Below, piece after piece: positions 25,505 through 39,826 of a stretch of DNA of 64,000 nucleotides. The stretch is taken from NCBI RefSeq assembly GCF_016433145.1, contig NC_058131.1:257176432-257240431 (forward strand). Reading direction: 5' to 3'. A program made the position numbers and the translations under genes. Under the pieces are notes generated by a model that worked only from the letters and a program-made list of their open reading frames with translations, had not been told where the DNA came from and did not search any database. How positions within the stretch are numbered: the stretch's first letter is position 1; each line of letters starts with the position of its first letter. This DNA comes from Gracilinanus agilis. Its lineage: Eukaryota.

Positions 25505-25879
25505 ATCTAGATAGCTGCTGATATAATCATAATTGACTAATGTATTGACTGATTTTGACTTGTTATTAGATTACTATGTAATACACATACCTCATAAATC
25601 TAATAACATATTTAGGGGAAAGAAAAAAGGGGAACTTAAAATCACAATGTTTTACATGAGGGTTCAGCAATTTTTTTTTATCCTGGATGTTATCCTGTGG
25701 GCAGAATTCTTACTTTTTCAATATTAGACCAGAAGGAAAAGGAAGAAGAAAGGGAGAGTAAACAGAAGAGTAATAAGATGGCAAAGAAATTAAGAAAGTT
25801 CAAGCAAAAGGTAGAAGAAGTTAAGTTTTTCTTAGGATGTATTTGTGAGGAGGGGGAAAGGACTGATAATTGCAAGTAA

Positions 25880-26945
25880 CAGGATAGCATTTGTATACCT
25901 TAGAGACATACTTTCATAAGTTTATTTTTCTATTACTTATATCAAATCTAGTTGCCAAAAGAAGGAAAATTGTCAAGTGGGGAAAAAGAACAGCTGCATC
26001 AAATATCTTTGAAAAGGTTCTCCAAGATATATAGAAAACCAACACAAATAGACCAAGAACTATTTCTCTATAGGCAAGTGCCCAAAGAATATGAATAAAC
26101 AATGCTCAGAAGAATTACAAACTATTAAGAATCATATGTAAGGCAGCTAAGTTGCACAGTGGGTAGAGCACCAGACTTGAGTTAGGAAGATTCATCTTCC
26201 CAAGACCAGATCTGGTTTTAGATTCTAATTAGCCATGTAACCTTGGCAAATCATTTTATGTTATTTGCCTCAGTTTTCTTACCTATAAAATAATCCAGAA
26301 AAGGAAATGGCAAACCACTCTAGTATCTTTACCAAGAAAACATCAAATGGGGTTATGTAGTGTTGAGCACAACTTAAAAAATAACTGAACAGCAAGAAAG
26401 AATCATATGAAAGATTTTTCCAAATTATTAACAAGAGAAATGCAAATCAAAAATAACTTTGAGTTTTCACCTCATATCTAGCAAATTGGCAATGCTATAA
26501 AAAAGATTGAAATAGGTTGGAGGGACTGTGGGAAGATACTACTAGTTCATTGGAGGAACTGTTAATTGGCTCATCTATTCTAGAAACTTATTTGGAATTA
26601 GGCATAAAAAATGACTAATATTTCTATATCCCTTGACTTAGATATTCTATTGCTAGACGTATCCCTCAGAGAGTTCATTGAAAAGGAATCCACCCAGCAC
26701 TTTGTGATAGCAATGAACTAAAAACAAGTCAGATGCTTGCTCGACTAAATAATCTGTGACACATAAATATCACAGCTTTACTATACCATAAGAAATAGTG
26801 AATATGAAGAATTCAGAGAAACACTAAGAGACTTTCATGAACTGATTTTCAGAGAGAAATAAGAAGAACCAGGAAAACAAAATGCATGATGATTAGAGCA
26901 ACTTAAGTGGAAAGCACAATAAAAACAAAACTGAACCCTGTACAA
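25880..26945 (+). mobile_element. Old, degraded L1 ORF2 C-terminus/3' region, with a MAR1-type SINE inserted at about 26140-26400
   Basis: cacctcatatctagcaaattggc, cccttgacttagatattctattgctag and gaactgatt...agaaccagg are L1 ORF2-end motifs. Confidence 0.65.
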
Positions 26946-28199
26946 TTAAAAACAAGTCAGCTAAGTGGTACAGTAGTGAGAGCTCTGGACCCGGAGTTAG
27001 GAAACATATGTTCAAATTTGGCTTCTAACATTTACTATTTGTGAGACTTTAGTTAACTCACTTAACCTCTGTCTGTCTCATTCTCCTTATCTCTAAAATA
27101 GGGATAATTATAGTATTTACCTCCTGTGGTTGTCCTGAAGATAAGATGAGATAACAAAGCACTTTTGCAATCCTTAAAGATCTATACAAATGCTGACTAT
27201 TGTTGTTACAAGCAAATTTGACCCTAGAGAAGAAATATCTCCCATATATGGAATATCATGTATGCTGTTGTTTGACTGATATTTTTTTTTGTTATAGTGT
27301 TATAGTGAAGCCTTGTTATAGTGAAGACTTGAGGGGTAGGAGATATAGGGTCTACTCAGAAATGAAGTGATATAATAACAAAAGGCATCAGTAAATCTTA
27401 AAATGTAATAATCAACCATTTATTGATTTGATGGAAGGAGTTGTGCTAAACACTGTTTTTCTTCCACTTATGAAAAGTGTTGATCTTATGTCTAGAATGA
27501 AGTTGTGCCTCTGATTCTTGTCCTTTCAGTTTTTATAAGGATTGTAGTTGTCACTGTTTGGAACACCTAAGTCTTCAAAAATTGACCATGTAATAACATC
27601 AGTAAATACGACCTAAAACACTATTTCCCCCAGATGTTTTAGATGTTTTTGTGGATCCAAGAATCTTAAATCCTCAATAGATCAAAGAATCTTGACTGAG
27701 CTATAAAAAAGTATAAATTGTCAGACGTTTAACTTGAAAAGGATGTTCCATTTCATTTATTACAGGCATAGAGAACTTGCAAAACCTTAAAAAAGAATTA
27801 ATGACAGTCAGCAAGTTTAAGCTCGTTGACTAGCTGTGCTGAGCTTTATACCTTAGAAAGAATCAGTACACAATTGTCTGTAGTTACATTCTGTTGTCTA
27901 GATCCAAAGTCCACTTAGGGAAACTGGTGATTTTTTTAAAACGTTGTTTAACTTGTTTAACTTGACTTGAAATACCCAAGAGCCATAAGCAATTAATGAT
28001 ATAGGAATCCTGGAGGTAGAATTGAGGGGTGAAGAAACAAAATTTTTTAAACAAACAAAAAGTGTTGTGAAGGAAATTTCAGGGATAGCCTTATGTTTTG
28101 TACTGTACAAAGGGGAAAACTAGAAAACAGTGCTAGGGGTTTCTAAGGAGAAAGCTTTCTTTTTTTAATTTTAGTAAAATATGTTCAAGGGCAAATCAG

Positions 28200-28740
28200 A
28201 ATAATTTTGAGATTTTTACCTCATACCCAGCAAATTGGCAATGTGGTAAAAAAGGTAGAAATAGTGTTGGAAGGACTGTGGGATGACAGGCACACTACTA
28301 ATCTGTTTGGAGGAGCTGTTGATTGGCCCATCCGTTCTAGAAAGTAATTTGGAATTATGCAAAACAAAATGACTAATATTTCCTTATCCCTTGACCCAGA
28401 TATCCTACTGCTAGACATATCTCCTAAAGAGTTTAATGAAAGGGAAAAAATCCATTTGTAACAAACATTCACCCAGCATTTTTTTATAGTAGTAATGAAC
28501 TAAAAGCAAGTTAGATGCTTGCTAATTACAAAATGACTAAACAAATTATGGTACATGTATCATAGTCTGAGTGTGCAATGAGAAGTGATGAATATGAAGA
28601 ATTGAGAGAATCCATAGGATATTTGCATGAACTGATTTTAGAGTGAAATAAGAAGAATCAGAAAACAACATGTATGATGTTTACAGCAACATAAGTAGAA
28701 AGCAAAATAAAACAAAGTTGAACACTGTACAATAAATACC
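28200..28740 (+). mobile_element. Old, degraded L1 ORF2 C-terminus/3' region
   Basis: Colinear with 26460-26940 and shows the same L1 motifs. Confidence 0.65.
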
Positions 28741-28794
28741 AAGACAGCTAGGGGACTTATTCCCATTATTTTATCCTTTTCTATAATTGTCTTC

Positions 28795-29058
28795 AGGCAA
28801 CTAGGAGGTACAGTGGCTAGAGCACTAGACCTGGAATCAGGAAGATCTGAGTTCAAATCCAGTCCCAGATACTTATTATTTCTGGGCCTTGGACAAATCA
28901 ATTAATCTCCTAAAAAATTAACCTCTGTTTGCCTTAATCCACTGAAGAAGGAAATGACAAACCACTCCAGTATCCTTGGCAAGAAAATGCTATGAATGGT
29001 ATTGACCATAGAGGTCATGAAGAGTCAGACATGACTAAACAACTGAACAACAACAACC
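28795..29058 (+). mobile_element. MAR1-type CORE-SINE (representative of dozens of MIR/MAR1 copies, e.g. about 16285, 24770, 29150, 34168, 40468, 46150, 49163, 50337)
   Basis: tRNA-like head (ggcaactaggaggtacagtgg...gagttcaaatcc), CORE, RTE-like tail (gaaggaaatgacaaaccactccagtatc...aagagtcagacatgactaaacaactgaacaacaac). Confidence 0.85.
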
Positions 29059-30059
29059 ATTGTCCTCAAATGTGTAGATTTTATTCTAAGTACTGTAAAT
29101 GCAATCAAATGTATAATACCAATCCTGGTCTTTAAATGAATTTTATTTATTGTTCAGTTATTTCAGTCATATCTGACTCTTTGTGACACTATTTGGGGTT
29201 TTCTTGCCAAAGATATTGGAGTAATTTGACATTTCCTTCTCCAGTTCGTTTTTCAGATTAGGAAACTGGAACAAACAAAATTAAATGATTTGTCTAAGGT
29301 CACCCAGCTGGTAAGTGTCTGAGACCAGATTTGTACTCAGGGAGACAAGTCTTCCTGACTACAGACCTGACACTCTATTCACTATACTACCTAGCTGTTC
29401 TAGGGATTTTATTTCCCCCCAGACCTAATTGACCAGACCTCTTGGTTTCTGCAAAATATGTAATCTACAAACCTTTTGGTTCATATTCAAACTAGGTATT
29501 GAAAATGTCCATTTAATGGTCCATGACATTAAAAATTGGCCTACAGTTTAAATATGCTTAACATTTATTCTTTCTTTTATATTTTTGTACATGTGAGCAT
29601 CTTAATTTATTCAACCTATACGAAGTTTTGACTTTTTTTGGGGGGGTAATGTACTGTCACTATCAGCCTTGACATTTTGGGACAAATTATTTCACCTCTG
29701 TAGGCCTTAGCTTCCTCATCTGCAAAATGAGGTTATTGGACAACATCATCATTTCCCAAATTACACTGGTCACATACCTTGAGCCTTGATAGGTATTGAT
29801 GGAATCATCATTCTCTCTTCCATGACTGGAGACTTTTCAGTTTTGAAAAGTTCTTTTCTCAAAATGATTTAGTGAATACTTAATTTGTGGAAAGACATTG
29901 TATACTTTGCGATGGAGGACACTGAAGTGAATAACTTGTAGCATCTCCCTCATGCAGTTTTTGATTAACTGTTAGGAGAGATTAAATGAGTGTCCAAATA
30001 AACTTGTTGCTAATGAGTTGATCTCTAAGACTGTAAATTGTATGGCAAGTGCCAGTTTT

Positions 30060-32536
30060 TTTTTCCAATTTATTTATTTATTAAATGTTTTAAAATGTTT
30101 ATATGATTCATTTTCTTTCCCTCTCCTCTTTCCTCCTCTCTCCCAGAGACAACAAGCAATTCCACTGGCTTAGTACAAATATTATAACTTGATACCTATT
30201 TCCATATTATTCATTTTTGCTATAGAACAATCATTTAAAGCCAAAACCCCAAATCATATTCCCATATATACAAGTGATAAGTGATAAGTCATGTTTTTCT
30301 TTGTTTCTAGTCATATAGTTCTTTTCTCAATGTGGATAGCATTCTTTCAACTAAGTCCTTCAGGAATGTCCTGGATTATTGCATTGCTACTAGTAGTAAA
30401 GTCCATTACATTGGATAGTTCCATAATGTTTCATTTTCTGTTTACAGTGTTCTTTTGGTTCTGCTCATTTCACTCTACATCAGTTCATTGAGGTTCTTCC
30501 AGTACATATAGAATTCTCCTGTTCATCATTCCTTTTAGCACGACAGTATTCCATCACCATCATATATCACAATTTCTTCAGCCATTCCCCCATTGATGGA
30601 CACCCCCTTATTTTCCAATTTTTTTTTGCCACCACAAAGAGTGCAATTATGAATATTTTTGTACATGTTTTTCCCTATTATTTCTCTAGGGTACAAACCA
30701 AGTAGTGGTATTGTTGGTTCAAAGGGCATGCAAACTTTTAAAAGCCCTTTGGGCATAATTCCAAATTGCCTTCCTTTATGGTTGGATTAATTCACAACTC
30801 CATCAGCAATGCATTAGTGTTCCAATTTTGCCACGTCCCCTCCAACATTTATTATTTTCCTATATTTTCATATTGTCCAGTCTGCTAGGTATGAGGTGGT
30901 ACCTCAGAGTTGTTTTCATTTGCATTTCTCCAATTAGGAGGAATCTAGAACTCTTTTTCATGTGATTATTGAGAGTTTTGATTTCTTCATCTGAAAACTG
31001 CCTATTCATGCCCTTTGGCCATTTGTCAGTTGGGATATGGCTTGATTTCTTATACAATTGACTTAGTTCCTTAAAAATTTGAGAAATTAGACCTTTGTCA
31101 GAGGTTTTTATTATACTTTTTTCCCAATATGTTTCTTCCTTTCTAATTTTGTTTGCATTGGTTTTGTTTTTCACAAAACCTTTTTAGTTTAATACAATCA
31201 AAATTGTCCATTTTACATTTTATAATGTTCGATATTGTTTGCTTGGTCTTAAATTCCTTCCTTCCCCATAGATATGACAGGTATTATATTCTATATTCAC
31301 CTAATTTGTTTATAATTTCCCTCTTTATATTTAAGTCATTTACCCATTTTGAATTCATCTTGAAGTATTGTGTGAGATATTGATTGAAACATAATTTCTC
31401 CCATACTGTTTTCCAATTCTCCCAGCAGTTTTTGTCAAATTGTGGGTTCTTGTCACAAAAGTTGGCATCTTTGGGTTTATCAAACACTATCTTGCTGCTC
31501 TCATTTATTCCAAGTCTATTCCATTGATCCACCCTTCCATCTCTTAGCCAGTACCATATTGTTTTGATGACCACTGCTTTATAGTACAGTTTGAGATCTG
31601 ATACTGTTAGGCCTACATCCTTCACATTTTTTTTCATAAGTTCCCTTGATATTTTTGATCTTTTGTTCTTCCAGATGAACTTTGTAATACTTTTTTCTAA
31701 TTCTATAAAAAAATTTTTGGTAGTTTGATAAGTAAAGCACTGAATAAGTAAATTAATTTAGGTAGGACTATCTTTATTATATTAGCTCATTCTACCCATG
31801 AACAATTCATGTTTTTCCAATTATTTAGATCTAGTTTTATTTGGATGAAAGTGTTTTGTAGTTATATTCACATAATTTCTAAATTTTTCTTGGCAAGTAG
31901 ATCCCCAGATATTTTATATTGTCTAGAGTGATTTTAAATGGCATATCTTTCTAACTCTTGCTGCTGGGTTTTGTTGGAAATATATAGGAATGCTGGTGAT
32001 TTCTGTGAGTTTATTTTGTACCCTACCACTTTGTTAAAGTTATTAATTATTTTCACTAGCTTTTTAGTTTATTTTCTCAGATTTCCTAGGAATGCAATCA
32101 TGTCTTCTGCAAAGAGTGGTAGTTTAATTTCCTCATTGTCTACTCTTATACCTTCAATTTCCTTTTCTTCTCTAATAGCTATTGCTTGCATTTCTAGTAC
32201 AATATTAAATAGTAGTGGTGATATGGACATCCCTGCTTCATTCCTGATCTTATTGGGAATACCTCTAACTTATTTCCATTGCAGATGATACTTGCTGATG
32301 GTTTTAAATAAATACTGCTTGGCCCTTTTATTCCTATACTTTCTAGTGTTTTCAGTAGGAATGGGTATTATATTTTGTCAAAGGCTTTTTCTTCATCTAT
32401 TGAGATAATAGTGTGATTTTTACTAGTTTGGTTGTTTATTTGGTCAATTATGTGGATGGTTTTCCTAATATTGAACCATCCTTGCATCCCTGGTATAAAT
32501 CCTACCTGGTCATAGTGAATAATTCTTTTGATAACA
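30060..32536 (-). mobile_element. 5'-truncated L1 (about 2.5 kb, disrupted ORF2 C-terminal half + 3'UTR)
   Basis: Minus-strand ORF fragments with L1 ORF2 motifs (PDLKLYYKAVVIKTIWYW, TLRYHLIPSRL, PFEPTIPLLGLYP). Poly-T at the left end. 14-bp TSD caagtgccagtttt / caagtgcctgtttt. Confidence 0.95.
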
Positions 32537-34579
32537 CAAGTGCCTGTTTTGAATTGGTAGAGAGAATATCTTTGTCCAGCCTTTGCTTACTAATAAAGTC
32601 ACAGATCTTACAAAAAAAAGGTGGAAAAGAGTTGGCATATTTCATTCTAATATATCATAATTGCTTTTATAAAGAAGGTTCCTATTTGTATGTAGTTTTA
32701 AAGAGACTGCACTACATTCAGTTACTTTTTGACTTTTGATATCTTTGGGAGCTTCTTAAGTTGAAGGAATCAGAGAAAACTTCCTGGAGAAGGTAGAATT
32801 TGAGTTAGATTTTGAAGTATGGTTAAGATTTAATAATTGATAATTGCCATTGACTTATTCATGAGAATAAACATAAAAAGGCTTATGTAAAAGTATTCCT
32901 TTCTTTCCAATAGATGGATCATTTCTCGATTGTAAGGGAAAGAAAATCTCTAGTGGAAACTTCTGCTTGATATGGATGTGTTTTCTACTGGATAGATCAA
33001 TTATTGTGACTATTTTTTGTCATAAAATAAAAATTCAAGAAGTATTTTTAAGCAACTATCATGTGTTAACATATGCTACACTGTCAGTGCTGGAAAAAAC
33101 ATGAAGTTAACGTGTGCCTTCCCTTCTGATCGAGAAGGCACAAGCTGTTTCATGAAAGAAGATGTAGTAGAGTAGAAGGGACAATGGATTTGGAGTTAGA
33201 TGTCCAGATGTTGGCTCTGCCAACTTACTACCATAGTAAGATCACTCTATGTTCTTGAACAGATAATTTTATTTCTCTCTCTTACAATTTCCTCATTTCT
33301 AAAATAACAGAATTGGCTTAGATTAGGTATGAGACCACTCCAACCCTAAGTCTAGTATCTATGCTCCATAAATAATTATAAACTTAAATAAAACATTCAT
33401 GTATAAAGTACTATGTGAAATGTGAGTAAAGGAAGGTAATATCCCACTGAGGAAATGAAGGAAAGTTTCATGATTTAGGTGGCATTTTAGCCGGAATTAG
33501 GAGAGTGGATAGGATTCTAACAGATAGTGATTGGAGGAGAGAGTGTTCTTGGCATAAGGAATATCTGGGTAAAGGTAGAAGATTGATTATGAATAAAACC
33601 CTTTAAAAAAGTTTCCTCTTTCATGTTATCTATTTTTCAATACTCCAGTCTGTGAAAGCTATTTGTGTTTTCTTTTCAACTGCTCTTCTTCTGAGAGTGA
33701 GAAAGAAATCCATAAATATGCTAGTTTTGAATAGGTCTTAAAATTTAGTGATGACATTTCTATTTTCTTGCCAGCACTTAGAAGCATGAAGAGTCTACGG
33801 CACTAACAGTAAATTATTGAGAATTACAGAAAGTTTGAAGGTGTTTTATGAGAACACTTAGTTATTTGGATCATTGGTTAGTGAGTCACCCATTTATTTT
33901 AAGCCTGTGGGGTTAAGCAGTCCTCTGAGAGGTCATTTAGATTTTTCAGATAGAGTCAGAATAGCCTTGTCTCCCATCTTTCCAGCTGGTTCTTCCTTTT
34001 AACTGAGAATATTCATTTTTGAGAAAGGGACCCACCAGTCCTCCCATTGGCAATACTTTCACTTTTCACTCTGTTCAAATATTTTGGGCATTGCCATGAC
34101 TTTCCTGGGATAATATTTTCTTCAGTTCTGAAGTAAAGAGTAGTTTAATACTTAAGGGATTATTAGAGGCAGCTAGTTGAAGCAGAAGATAGAATGCTGG
34201 GCATGAAGTCAGGAAGACCTGAATTCAAATCCAGCTTCAGACACTTACTAGCTGTGTGACCCTGGAGAATTCATTTAACTCTCTTTGCCATAGTTTCCTC
34301 ATCTGTAAAATGAGCTAGAGAAAGAAATGGCAAAACATCCCAGTGTCTTTACCAAGAAAACCCCGAATGAGGACATGAAGAGTCAGATGTGTCTGAAACA
34401 ACTGAACAACAGCAACACAACAATACTTTGGGGAACTATGATTTAATTTAGGTGGGTAACCCAATGCAGATCAATGCCCCTCATCCCCAGTTGAGATATT
34501 GTTCCAGAAACATTTATCACTTTATGACCTGCCTGGTGATGACCCTTCCTAAACTTAGCCCAGCTGATCCTTAGAAAAC

Positions 34580-34582
<3 letters not shown>

Positions 34583-34622
<40 letters not shown>
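34583..34622. repeat. (TG)20 microsatellite
   Basis: Read directly. Confidence 0.98.
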
Positions 34623-34625
<3 letters not shown>

Positions 34626-37600
34626 TAGCATGGGCATCCAGGATAACCTCTACACCTTTGATGAAGTAAGGACTTTAGTGTAATTCCTTATTATGAAAAC
34701 CACTTAATCATTAGCCTTTAATGTTTAAAGAAGATCTGGGAAGTCCTTTTTGGCTTAGATTTGAACTCTGAGTCACTATAAGAATTCTGTAATTTAGGCC
34801 TCTGAAAAAGATTGTTGGTAAATCTGGCTTTCCAAATTGCTATTTTAGTGGTAATTCTGTGGGCAGTACCTCACTGACCTGGAAAAGCTAATATAGCTTC
34901 TAAAAGTGCTTAGTCCCAAAACTCCAGTTTACATATTGGAAAAAGTCTAATTGGATGAGCTTTTAGGGGCTATTTTTAAAATAAGTACTTCATTAAGGTT
35001 ACTCAACAGTCTATTCCATAGACTTAACCTGGGTCTATGAGTTAAAATGTTTCAAAGTCCAAAACCTAGAGCATACCTGGACCTTGAAAAAAAATTAGGT
35101 TCCGAAGTGTCTATAATAACCATGATCAGAAATTTGACCTTCCTTAATTTACTTTCCCAGAGAGCAAAAATGTGTATGCTTTTTAAATGTATTTATATTA
35201 CTCACTTGTCACTTAAACATCACTCAGGCTCTTAATGTTGCTAGAAGTGTTTCTTTTAGTCAATGAGTGTTCATTTTTTGGTTAAAATCCTTAGTGCAAA
35301 CAAATGAGTATGTTGGATATATGCATAAACAGGTGTGTCTTACATTATGCAGTAGCTGCATTTCTGAAAATTTGTATATATTTCTAATTTTTGTATATTG
35401 AAACATAATTTAGATGTGCTTGGGGAGCAATTTTTAAGAAAAACATGTGGCAAACTATAAAACTAACATTCATTTTGTAATACGGCTAATCATCCCATTA
35501 TGGCTCTCTTTTCTAAGTTTGTTTTTATTTTAATTTTGAGTAAGGTAGCAAATCTTGCAGTATATTTAAATTCATTAGGACTAGCATAGGCAGAATTTAG
35601 TAGTGGGCCCCATCTGGATTCTCAAGGCCAGGGTTGGGGGTAGAGATTAGTGGTAAGACTAGCGGCTATTGAGGAAGCTATGGTGATTATGGTCCAGGCA
35701 TGAAGTGGCTACCAAGATCATGGTAGCTGGTAAAGAAAGAAAAGATGAGGGAGAGATTTCAAAGTAAGAATGAACTGGTATGAGTGAGAAGGGACACTTA
35801 ACGATGACTCCAAGTTTTTGAGGATGGGAAGATGTTAGTATTGATCTTAAAAATCAGGAACTCTGGCTTTGGTTTTAAAAAATTGCTTTATTGCAAAAAG
35901 GAATAATATGGAAATAGGATAAGTGATAATATTTGTATAATTCAGCTAAAGTGTTTATTGGATCCGGGAGTGGGGAGGGAAGAGGAAAGGGAAAGAAAAC
36001 AAAATAGGTAAACATGGAAAAATATTTTAAAAATAAAAAAAGAAATTAAAAAAAAGAAAATAAGGAACTCTGGAAGAAAGCAAGTTTTTTTGGAGGTAAT
36101 ATAATAGCTATTCTTTATATGCTTCTTTTAGATTTACAACATATGTTATATTGATTGCTATTTGTAATTATCATGTACAATAAGCATTATTACTATCACC
36201 ACTTTACAGTTGAGGAGTGGTAATAGTCAGTATTTGTATGGTGCTTTAAGATTTGTGAAGAGCTTTACATATATTACCTTGATATTTGCAACTATAATGT
36301 GCAATAAGTACTATTACCCCCATTTACGTATGAGAAAACTGAGGTACAGAATTGTTAAGTAACTTTTCCAGAGTCATATGGCTAGTAAGTGTTTAGGGCA
36401 AAATCTCAGCTCACTTATTCCTGATTCCAGTCTAGCAATCTTTCTGCTACACCACCTAGCTGATAAATGGTTTTAGGAATGTTGAATGTGAAGTATTAGC
36501 CAAGAGGAAACTTCTCATGGGCAGTTAATAACTATACAATGGGAAAATATTAAAGTTTTAAAGAAAAGCCTTCATGATAATGAAACATAGAATTTCTCAT
36601 TCCTATATGCATTGGGCCATTGGACTATTTTAAGTCTTTAGTAGAATTGTGTCTTCCTTTAACAAACTCTAAGGAGTTCAACTTTTCATTTAGAGCTCAT
36701 TTCAATTATAATATTTGTAATTACAATAGCTATGAAATGGTTTCCTTACAACCATCATGTGAGGTAGGTTGTATAAATATTATTACCCCATTTAACAGAT
36801 GAGAAAACGGTGGCTCTCCCAGGTTATGTCCCTCACCCATGGTTAGATAGCTAGCAAATATCATGGTGTGAGTCATAACTAAGCCTCCTCATCTGATTCC
36901 AAATCCAGCACACTTTCCATTAGGCCATGATGATCTAATTGACTGTAAAAAAAAATTACCTCTGTAAGAAAATAAGTAAATAAAACATTTATCAATTAAG
37001 CATGAATAATAAGCAAATCTGATTTTCTGCCATAGCAATTTTAAAAAACACTATTTCAAACCAGATGCTTTTCATAACAAGAGGAACCCAGGAGACGTTA
37101 GATATTTATCAGCACACTTCTTGAAATGAAATCTGTTTGCATTTCTAGCTACTGGAAGGCACTCCTCACCTGGCTTCCTCCTCTGATCCCATTAGTTTTA
37201 ATGGAATTTCCACTGGTGCTTCAGGAACATAATTGAACCTTTCTCCTAAAGAACTATTAATTGGGAAAAGAAGTGTTAGTTCTGCTTTACTTGTTCCAAT
37301 CTTGTGATTTTGTTTTAAGAACCCCTATGAAGTCAGAGAGAAAAAACGACCAAAAACCTTTTTGTAAAACAATCAAAACTGAACAGATGGAGCTAAAATG
37401 TACCAGCAGGTCCCCTCTGGTTGCTCTATGTGGCAGGATCACCATTATTTTTTTCACAGTTGCATAGTGTAGAATCCTAGTAGAACCCTCTCTGCTCTAT
37501 TCCTTATCAGTTCAGCTACTCTCAACAACCTCAGTTACCTTGTGTTAACTGCAAGTCTTTTCAGGGTCAATTGTTTGTATCCCAATGTGGAATCATGGAC

Positions 37601-38235
37601 CAATTGGTTGAATGGTCTTGCCTCTCAAAGGGATAGAATTCAGGGAGTCTTGAATATCCATTTTGAACCTGTGAGTAAAAGGGAATGAATACAAGTATAT
37701 TATTAATATTGTTGTTATTATTTAGTTGTATTAAAGTTCCAACAGTGTTTTATTATGATGTGGAAGTGACCCTGGATTCTTAAAGACACTGTCAGTGGAG
37801 CAGGTGGCAGGTTCTACCAAGATGGAGAGATTTCAAGCATAGACCTGGCAGTGGACTTTCTGTCTTTTGTCCAAGGACCAGACCGGCTAAATGCAAAGAG
37901 GCTCACTGCCGGAAGATTGGCCTTTGAGTGATGGATTTGGGGGCAGCTGTACCTCATGGAGATCTTATACTAAGACATGGAGGGCTTAGGATCTCTATCA
38001 GTGTAGGGAGGACTCACACTGACAAAATCAAAGGTCTTTTAGAGCAATGAATTAAAGACTCCCATGTAATTGCCAGTCGGGAGTCCCAGAGAGTTGGAAA
38101 TAGATAGTTTCTGGTTTCTCCTTCCTTAAGGTGACATTTGTTTCTAGTACTTGTAGTTCTGCTCATAGTTAAATTATTAGGATAGCCAGAAAGAAGTGAG
38201 GCATGGCCCTAGTGCACCAAAATCATATGTTTTGA

Positions 38236-38238
<3 letters not shown>

Positions 38239-38286
<48 letters not shown>
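38239..38286. repeat. (CA)24 microsatellite
   Basis: Read directly. Confidence 0.98.
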
Positions 38287-38287
<1 letters not shown>

Positions 38288-39631
38288 CTTTCAATCAGTC
38301 AAATTTTAAATGATAGCTTTTTAGTTACATAATGATGGGACTAGAAAGGATGTCAGGATTAAGCTCATGATTGAGACATTCACTAGAAGTTTGCAACCTC
38401 CAGTGTACATAATAGATATAAACATAAAAGAATAGCATAATAGATACTTAGACATTGCTATGCCCCACTCTCCGTCCCTTGTAACATTTTTTGCTGGACA
38501 GTGCCCTCTCTTCTACCTCCTACTGTGGTTTGTGAAAATCTGTAGAGCCATTACTCTTCAGTTTCCCTTTATTTCAGTTGTACTATATCATCTCTCTTCT
38601 TTTCATTAGACTTCTTGAAAGAGTGGCCTATATATGATAACTGATACTAAAATACTATCCACTCATTCCTTAAATTTTTTCTTGCAATCTGACTTGGTCT
38701 CCATCACTCAACTGAAACTACAATCTGGAATGTGACCAATAGCCTCCAATGGCCAAATTCAATAACCTTTCTCCCCACACCCCCATAAGATTTAGATATC
38801 AGCTTAGAGATAATCTAGTCCAACTCCATCATTTTGTTTATGAGGAAACTGAGGCTAGAGACTTTCATGACTTGCCCAAGGTTGAAGAGCTAGTTATTAA
38901 GAGTCAGGATTCAAGCCCATATCCTATTTCCAAATGCAGTGCTTTCTATAATCCTAAATTACCTTATCCAATCACTTCATATGTTCAGTTGATTTCTATA
39001 GGATTTCCCAGTATAGCATCTTCAACCACTCAGCATTTGGTGTTTCTACTGGAGTTAAAATAAAGGGGGATTGAATTATTAAATCGAGGAAGAAAACACA
39101 TGCAATATTTTTACAGGCTGTCTTTGGTTTTCCAGTACTAAAACTTTATTTTAACCTTCAGTTCTGGCAATAATTACTATGCATTTGGAATACAAAAAGT
39201 ATTTTTTTCAGAAGTCATTTATGTTTTATTATGGCTAAAAAGGCATTTGCTTCACTTTTTCTTACTAAAATTTTCTCCTTGGCTCATTTGTGATTTAAAT
39301 GGATTTTGGATATTGAGACCTTCTGTTCAAGTCCAGACAAAATATAACATCAGGAAATCAAGCAAGGTTGACAACTTCTGGGGAAATCTTGGACATCAAA
39401 GGACACTCATTTTAATTTCTTTAGTTACCAACTGAAAATGGAGTTAACAAGATGCGTTTTCTGGCATGTATCGCATGAGATATGTATAAAAGGAAAAAAG
39501 AGAACTTGCAAATGGACATCTTTGGGCTACGGTTGAATCGATGGCTCTCTATGTAGAAAAGAGCTTAAAATTGTGGGTAACATGAAAGGTCATGGAAAGG
39601 ACATGGAGGGGAGAGTAAAAGTAAACTGCAG

Positions 39632-39826
39632 GGGGCAGCTGGGTAGCTAAGTGGATTGAGAGCCAGGCCTAGAGACGGGAGGTCCTAGGTTCAAATCTGG
39701 CCTCAGACACTTCCCAGCTGTGTGACCCTGGGCAAGTCACTTGACCCCCATTGCCCACCCTTACCAATCTTCCACCTATGAGACAATACACAGAAGTTAA
39801 GGGTTTAAACAAAACAAAACAAAAAA
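39632..39826 (+). mobile_element. Young SINE1_Mdo-like SINE, full length
   Basis: Head ggggcagctgggtagctaagtggattgag, A-rich tail, perfect 15-bp TSD aaaagtaaactgcag. Confidence 0.93.
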
